Shown piece after piece: positions 26,976-32,000 of a DNA stretch of 32,000 bases. Made by a program: the position numbers and the translations under genes. The stretch is from Microcystis aeruginosa NIES-2549 (GTDB lineage: Bacteria > Cyanobacteriota > Cyanobacteriia > Cyanobacteriales > Microcystaceae): assembly GCF_000981785.2 (NCBI RefSeq), contig NZ_CP011304.1:2640001-2672000 (forward strand), read 5' to 3'. Position 1 is the first letter of the stretch. The number at the start of each line of letters is the position of its first letter. The notes below the pieces were generated by a model, which searched no databases, had not been told where the DNA came from, and saw nothing but the letters and a program-made list of their open reading frames with translations.

Positions 26976-28223
26976 TTAATCCTCCTGAGTTGTTGCGCTG
27001 GTTTGATAGTAGTATGTTAGCCATGGTTCTATTGCCTTACTAATAACTTCTCTATCGTGAGACTGGAAAGAAATATGCAGGTTTTCGCTGGCCCAGGGTA
27101 AAAACTTTTTAGCGAGGTGACGATAAACTTTATCCAGTTCCCTAGAAACCTGATATTGTTTGATAACTACCGTGGTAATTTCTGTAATCTTAGCGGCAAT
27201 TGCCACTTGTCCCAACCCTGAACCATAAGTCATCTCTAGAATTAACTGAATTTGCGGATGCAGTTTTGCCTGTTGCGGCTGCTGACAAATCTGTTGAATT
27301 TCTGCGCGTAACCAAGCTAGAATTTTTTGGTGGTTTTGTTGCGACTCGCGAAAATTTTCCGCCGCTTCTAATTGCTGCCAAGGGTTATTATGGAGAGTAT
27401 CTTCGATCATTTCCTCCCTCGTGCTACTTTCCTCACCCCCTAAAGGTTGCTGTAGAGAAATTGTTTTTCCTTGGGGAAATAAATAATCAGAAATAGCTTG
27501 TCCCGCATCCTTTAACCATCGGGTAATTGTCGCAGAATTGATTTTGATGGTAGAGTGGCTATCCGAGTTATAAGCAGCGGCGATTTTTTGCCAGATTTCT
27601 GGACTAGGTTCCTGAATTTTACCATCGGTTTTGATTTTTGCCTGGGCATAAATTTCTTTATAGTAATCCCAAGCTAAAAGGTAATTTTCGAGAGTTTCCC
27701 CCACTAATCCCCTCGCCCGGAGAGCTTGGCTGAGACGCGCTCCGGTAGAATTAAGTAGTAGGCTCCAAGTATTATGGCCGAATGCTTGACTAATCTGGCG
27801 GATGCGATCGATTAAGCGATATTTAATCCTCTGATTGGCAAAATTATCGAAGCGAGTGGAGAATAAAGGCTTAAAGTCAGCTAAGATAGCCTCAAAACCA
27901 AGAATTCCTTCGTTAAAGTAGTCTTCGATCTGATAATCTAGTTTAGCTTGATATTTTTGATAGATTTCGGCAGCAGCCCAGTAGCAAGGTTCCTGCAAAT
28001 AAGCGTATAAATGCCCACGAAAAAGATGATTTTGGGAACCGGGATTCTGATACTGTTGCTGAAAGAATAGGGACCAATACTCCTCGGACTCGACATTAGG
28101 ATCGATTGGGCCATAGCTTTCCATGTTACGACGCAAACGCCGATCACAATTCCATTGTGTCCTATTTTGCTGCAAAACTAAAAAGCAACAAAACTTCTCC
28201 AGCAAAGTCTCTCGTTTTTTCAT
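26976..28223 (-). CDS. Divergent sigma-70-family-like protein
   Basis: 415 aa. The region-2-like segment is DYFNEGILGFEAILADFKP...FDNFANQRIKYRLIDRIRQ. The region-4-like HTH is LILEMTYGSGLGQVAIAAKITEITTVVIKQYQVSRELDKVYRHLAKKF. It has a long N-terminal extension and a central insert. Confidence 0.6.
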   Translation of the reverse strand: MKKRETLLEKFCCFLVLQQNRTQWNCDRRLRRNMESYGPIDPNVESEEYWSLFFQQQYQNPGSQNHLFRGHLYAYLQEPCYWAAAEIYQKYQAKLDYQIEDYFNEGILGFEAILADFKPLFSTRFDNFANQRIKYRLIDRIRQISQAFGHNTWSLLLNSTGARLSQALRARGLVGETLENYLLAWDYYKEIYAQAKIKTDGKIQEPSPEIWQKIAAAYNSDSHSTIKINSATITRWLKDAGQAISDYLFPQGKTISLQQPLGGEESSTREEMIEDTLHNNPWQQLEAAENFRESQQNHQKILAWLRAEIQQICQQPQQAKLHPQIQLILEMTYGSGLGQVAIAAKITEITTVVIKQYQVSRELDKVYRHLAKKFLPWASENLHISFQSHDREVISKAIEPWLTYYYQTSATTQED

Positions 28224-28732
28224 CTAGCTACTCCCCGTGGAGGTCAACTAAACTCTCTATCGTTCCACTTCGAGATTTTATGCAGTATTATAGCAGTTAT
28301 CTTAATGGTGAGGTACAAAGTTTTCGTTTTAGAGAGTCGGTTGTCGGTCGTCAACAGCAAATTAGATTATACTTGATCTTGATAAGAAAGGCTGTAATAT
28401 TTATCTATTAATTGTCCTTCTACAGCCAATTGAGTCAAGTAGAAAAAGAGGAATGGAAAAAGGTTAGTCATGGAAATGCCGATTTAGTGGGGGAAATTTG
28501 GCACGATTTTATAGAACCATACCAAGTAAGGAAGAACCCTATCCCTACTCTCAAAATTATCCTTTGATGGAATATCCAGAGGAGTTTTTATGTTTAGAAA
28601 AGAAGTAATCTGATTTAATCAATTATCTATTAGCGTTAATTCTGCTGTGTTTAACAGAATTATTTATGATAATTTTTCCTTAATTACTCAATTAGGAAAC
28701 TGGGTATAGCAGCATCTATTAACTGCATTTGG

Positions 28733-28803
28733 TCGGCACTTTTGAGGAAAAAAAAGCCTAAAAACCTTGTTGGATAAGGTTTTTAGATTTTATTCAGCAA
28801 ACC
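28733..28803. repeat. Partial inverted copy of the agggtttgctgaa-type MITE end
   Basis: ggtcggcacttttgagg...ctaaaaaccttgttggataaggtttttagattttattcagcaaaccct is the reverse complement of 30242-30318, with a few differences. Confidence 0.7.
28748..28786 (-). terminator. Candidate rho-independent terminator of the M48 peptidase gene (lies within the MITE fragment)
   Basis: On the - strand, the stem ctaaaaacctt / aaggtttttag has a 7-nt loop and is followed by a T8 run (A8 at 28748-28755 on the + strand). Confidence 0.5.
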
Positions 28804-29580
28804 CTAGTTATTAATCGAATTAAGCTGTTTTTGCAGTGCCACAATGCGATCGCTTGTAGCTGGATGGGTGCTGAGAATTGTCGGGGTAGAACCCCCCTGT
28901 TGTGCTAATTTTCGCATAAAGGAGATCATCGCCGTGGGTTCATAACCAGCCCTGGCCAAATTTTTTAAACCCAGTCGGTCCGCTTCTAATTCATCCTTGC
29001 GACTGTTTGGTAAACTGTAGGCGAGATTGACTGCCAATTGTACCCAAGTTTTTGTCTCTAGTCCCGCCGCACTGAGAAGTCCTTGGGCGAGGGCAGTATT
29101 GCGTAATTGGGTGATAGAATGACGACCGACGATATGGCCGATTTCATGGGCAATCACGCTGGCTAATTCTGCCTCATTATCAGCACTTTTAATCAATCCC
29201 GTGTGTAAATAGACAAATCCGCCCATAGTGGCGAAGGCGTTAATGCTATTGTCGCGCACCACTTGAAAAGTGTAGGGAAGGTCAGGGCGATCGCTAGTTG
29301 CGGCTAATCGCTGCCCGATTTCGTGGACATATTGGTTAATTCTGGCATCTTTGGACAGTTTCACCTTACCTGATTCTAATAAACCTTGATTAATCTGCCT
29401 ACCGATGGCGACTTCCTGCTGAGGAGAAATAGTGGAGAGTTGAATAACTTGCACACCCCGAAAAAGTAAATCCATCCACGAGAGCGCGAAACTGGTTTGG
29501 GGATTGATAATCCCGATATTCAGGCTCAGCAGCAGAGAAATTATTGTTAATAACCAAAAACGGTAGAAAATAGGGCGCAT
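28804..29580 (-). CDS. M48-family zinc metalloprotease
   Basis: 258 aa with an N-terminal TM or signal segment, HEIGH in IAHEIGHIVGRH, and a downstream E..AD motif (ELEADRLG). Confidence 0.85.
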   Translation of the reverse strand: MRPIFYRFWLLTIISLLLSLNIGIINPQTSFALSWMDLLFRGVQVIQLSTISPQQEVAIGRQINQGLLESGKVKLSKDARINQYVHEIGQRLAATSDRPDLPYTFQVVRDNSINAFATMGGFVYLHTGLIKSADNEAELASVIAHEIGHIVGRHSITQLRNTALAQGLLSAAGLETKTWVQLAVNLAYSLPNSRKDELEADRLGLKNLARAGYEPTAMISFMRKLAQQGGSTPTILSTHPATSDRIVALQKQLNSINN

Positions 29581-29643
29581 AGACGATTCGATCCCATAAA
29601 AACCTCATTCTCATTCTAGACAATGCCTATTACCCTTTGTCTG

Positions 29644-29928
29644 TTACTGTCCCCGATTGGTTTGATAGACGTAAAAGTTAAATAAATCGAATAAACTGCC
29701 AACAAAAGCAAAAGTAACAGCGATGGTTAACATTCCTTGTAGGGGATAACCGCCACCGAAAATAGTTAAAAATTGCAGGATTTGGCTAAAACCCGCCTGA
29801 CAAACCCAAGTAAAGCCGGGGACGTGACTGGTGGCCAATAAAGCAGTTAAAATAGAACCCACCAAGAGGACGGGGGCAACAAAACTTAATAGGGTGGAAA
29901 ATAGCAGAGAACGGAGCAAAGTAAGCAT
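29644..29928 (-). CDS. Small hydrophobic membrane protein (about 3 TM), function unknown
   Basis: 94 aa, with hydrophobic segments throughout and no recognisable motif. Confidence 0.5.
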   Translation of the reverse strand: MLTLLRSLLFSTLLSFVAPVLLVGSILTALLATSHVPGFTWVCQAGFSQILQFLTIFGGGYPLQGMLTIAVTFAFVGSLFDLFNFYVYQTNRGQ

Positions 29929-30240
29929 GGGTGCTGATCTCCAGAGAATTGGGGGGCGATCGAACGGGAATAAGAATTTATACTCGCTCCCCTATAGAAT
30001 ATACGTTCATCTCGGCCAAGGGCGGTTTTTTAAAAAATCTTAAAATATCATTAAGATTCTTGGTTAAGGAAAATATGGCACAGGAAGTCCCCACAGGAGC
30101 GCGCACCGGTGGGGATGCGCCGACCGCCTTCGGTCGGCACGAGGAATAAGCGGTTGAGAGTTTTTTGAATTATCAAGATATGTAACTTAAGTGCGTCTAA
30201 GCTGATAACGTTGATCATTAAGTGGGTGGGTGAAATTAAA

Positions 30241-30444
30241 TAGGGTTTGCTGAATAAATCTAAAAACCTTGTTGGGTAAGACTTTTAGACTTTTTTGACC
30301 TCAAAAAGTGCCGACCATTGGAGTGATTGGGGGGAAAATTCCTGGACTTTTTCCCTAAAAATTAGGTCATTGACCCCCTCAAAATCGGTAAAACCCCACA
30401 CCCCACACCCTGCCCCCACCGAAAAACTTTTTCAGCAGACCCTA
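30241..30444. mobile_element. Roughly 200-bp MITE (agggtttgctgaa termini)
   Basis: agggtttgctgaa (30242-30254) pairs with ttcagcagaccct (30431-30443), a 13-bp inverted repeat with 1 mismatch. It has the same terminal family as 23150-23367 and 28733-28803. Confidence 0.65.
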
Positions 30445-30625
30445 CTTATATAGGAGCGATCAATCTTTGTGTCCTTTGTGCCTTTGTGGTTTGTTCCACT
30501 CGGTCTCGCGTAGCGAGCGCGTTGCGACCGCCAGCAGGACTGTATCTTAGAATACATTTTACCCACCAAACCTAAGAGAGCCGTTATGAGGAGAGGCACT
30601 CATGCAAGAGGCAAAAGCTTCAGAA

Positions 30626-30660
30626 ACTGATTACTGATTACTGATTACTGATAACTGAAA
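30626..30660. repeat. Heptamer tandem repeat actgatt x3, then actgata and actgaaa (STRR-like)
   Basis: Direct reading. It lies immediately 3' of pilQ. Confidence 0.9.
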
Positions 30661-30667
30661 AAGCTGA

Positions 30668-32000
30668 TTACTGTCGCGGTTGTACGGGGAAACCTTGACG
30701 CTGAAGCATTTCCGCCGCATCTTGGCCCGGTTGATAGTTGATACCGAGGGTAGAGGTGGCCGTATCTTCCATGATTTTGGGAGTGAGGAGAATAATCACC
30801 TCACTGCGACTATTCTGATTGGTACGACTGCGGAATAAAGCCCCTAAAATGGGAATATCGCCTAAAATAGGCACTTTTGTCTCAGAACTTTGTTGTTTTT
30901 CTTGGATAATCCCAGAAAGAATTAAACTCTGTCCATCCCGGAGACGAATTAAACCAGAAGTTAATTCCCGACGAATCAGAGGGGTAAGGGTGTTGACCGT
31001 GAGACCACCGCTATTAAATTGAATCGGAGACCCCGGAGAGGCGATGGTAGGGCTAACCGACAGGGAAATAAAACCGTTATCATCCACCTGATCGACGTTT
31101 ACCGCTAAAGTTAATCCAGCCTCGGCCAGTACAGGGACGGTGGTACGTTCGCCACTGAGAGGATCTACACTTGTCTCGACACTTTCTAGCACTTTCTCGG
31201 TGAGCTTAACGGTGGCCTGTTGACCTTCCTGCACCACCAGGGAGGGATCGGTAAGAATCTTGGCATTTCCTGTCTGAATTGACGCTTGCAGGGTCATCAG
31301 GAATCTTTGGGGATATTGGAAGAGGTCGGGTAGCGTAAAATCCCCTCCATCCGCGTCTGTTGCACCGGGTTGAAAGGGGTTATTAAATGTTCCAAAATTA
31401 GGACGGGCATAGGGAACAACCAGCCCAGTATTTCGATCTGTGACTCTTCCCTGAGTTATATTACTAAAAGGAGCATCCTGAACATCAAAAAAAGGTTCTA
31501 GGGCGGGTGTTCCCTCCCCAGAGAAAACATTATTTAAAGGAACTATCGGCTGTGCAAAAGCCCCCGGTTTGGATGCAGTTGAGCTACTAGGTGGGTTCAT
31601 ATTCCCAAAGTTCACCACTGCCGCCCCGTTATCTTGAACGAAGAAACCATCGTTAAAACCGAAGGAAAAACTACTGTTAAAACGGTCTGTATTGAGCAGG
31701 TTGACATCGATAACTTTGACGTTAACCACCACCTGACGGCGACGAGCATCCAGTTGGGTTAATAAAGAGGTGGCGATCTGGACTTGCCGCGCTTCGCCGA
31801 TTAAATTGATAGAATTAAGGCGATCATCGGCGGCAATTCTTAAACCAGTTAAAAGTAGGGCAGCCCTTGAGCCTTCTGTTTTTTGGGGTTCCAGTGCCTC
31901 TAGGGTGGCGGGAACATCCCGGCGGCCGATGACTCGTCCGGTGAGGGGATCGACGATATCCTCGGTTTTCGAGACTAAACGCTGGTATTCTGCCCCTTGG
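30668..32000 (-). CDS. pilQ: Type IV pilus secretin PilQ, C-terminal part (5' end lies beyond the window)
   Basis: It has the secretin C-domain motif VPILGDIPILGALFR. My translation shows the frame stays open upstream of the track start at 31732 (...TSLLTQLDARRRQ-VVVNVKVIDV), so the gene continues upstream of 31732, presumably to the window edge. Confidence 0.85.
   Translation of the reverse strand, partial: QGAEYQRLVSKTEDIVDPLTGRVIGRRDVPATLEALEPQKTEGSRAALLLTGLRIAADDRLNSINLIGEARQVQIATSLLTQLDARRRQVVVNVKVIDVNLLNTDRFNSSFSFGFNDGFFVQDNGAAVVNFGNMNPPSSSTASKPGAFAQPIVPLNNVFSGEGTPALEPFFDVQDAPFSNITQGRVTDRNTGLVVPYARPNFGTFNNPFQPGATDADGGDFTLPDLFQYPQRFLMTLQASIQTGNAKILTDPSLVVQEGQQATVKLTEKVLESVETSVDPLSGERTTVPVLAEAGLTLAVNVDQVDDNGFISLSVSPTIASPGSPIQFNSGGLTVNTLTPLIRRELTSGLIRLRDGQSLILSGIIQEKQQSSETKVPILGDIPILGALFRSRTNQNSRSEVIILLTPKIMEDTATSTLGINYQPGQDAAEMLQRQGFPVQPRQ

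Noticed and set aside
24866-28411. Track ORFs 24866-25084, 25373-25597, 25724-25933, 26138-26326, 27190-27381, 27200-27496, 27938-28147 and 28106-28411.
   Set aside because: They are shadow frames within or antisense to the CHAT-CHASE2, DUF1822-like and sigma-like genes.
29399-31022. Track ORFs 29399-29623, 29831-30043, 29931-30149 and 30819-31022.
   Set aside because: They overlap the M48, membrane-protein or pilQ genes in other frames. ORF 29931-30149 spans a promoter region plus the GC-rich hairpins and has an implausible composition.
1-32000. tRNA, rRNA, tmRNA, RNase P RNA and common riboswitches (TPP, cobalamin, glutamine).
   Set aside because: I saw none of the signature sequences, such as a T-loop GGTTCGAATCC-type box or the B12 box, in intergenic regions. 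This was a by-eye scan only, so absence is not proven.

Overview
This is a cyanobacterial chromosome segment. It carries many HIP1 GCGATCGC sites, STRR-like heptamer repeats, several MITE families and dense toxin-antitoxin (TA) pairs. A Microcystis-like genome is my inference only.

**Layout**
- **1-8135 (+ strand), housekeeping:** an EF-G-like GTPase, a DAACS-family symporter, a CPA2-type cation/proton antiporter, an AmiC-like cell-wall amidase split by an apparent 1-nt frameshift, and murI.
- **8.1-23.1 kb, mosaic accessory region, almost all on the - strand:**
  - two roughly 3-kb paralogous genes for secreted twin-trypsin(S1)+TPR proteins
  - a COP23 / S1-protease / small-TPR cluster
  - a Uma2 endonuclease
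  - at least five small TA-type cassettes: VapBC (toxin frameshifted), a RelE/ParE-like toxin stub with a putative antitoxin, DUF4160/DUF2442, MntA/HepT and HicAB
  - two orphan 3' fragments of TPR genes
  - six same-orientation copies of a nested-palindromic 95-200 bp element; five of them sit directly at the 3' end of a - strand cassette
- **23.4-28.2 kb, tight three-gene operon:** a divergent sigma-70-like protein, a DUF1822-like protein, and an 820-aa membrane protein that joins an N-terminal CHAT (caspase-like) protease to a CHASE2 periplasmic sensor. It lies directly upstream of one twin-trypsin-TPR gene. I rank this as the best candidate for an uncharacterised signalling or conflict system.
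- **28.8-32 kb:** an M48 metalloprotease, a small membrane protein, and the 3' part of pilQ, which runs off the window.

I found no rRNA, tRNA, CRISPR array, transposase or integrase. All family assignments rest on motifs read from the supplied translations. No database search was run.
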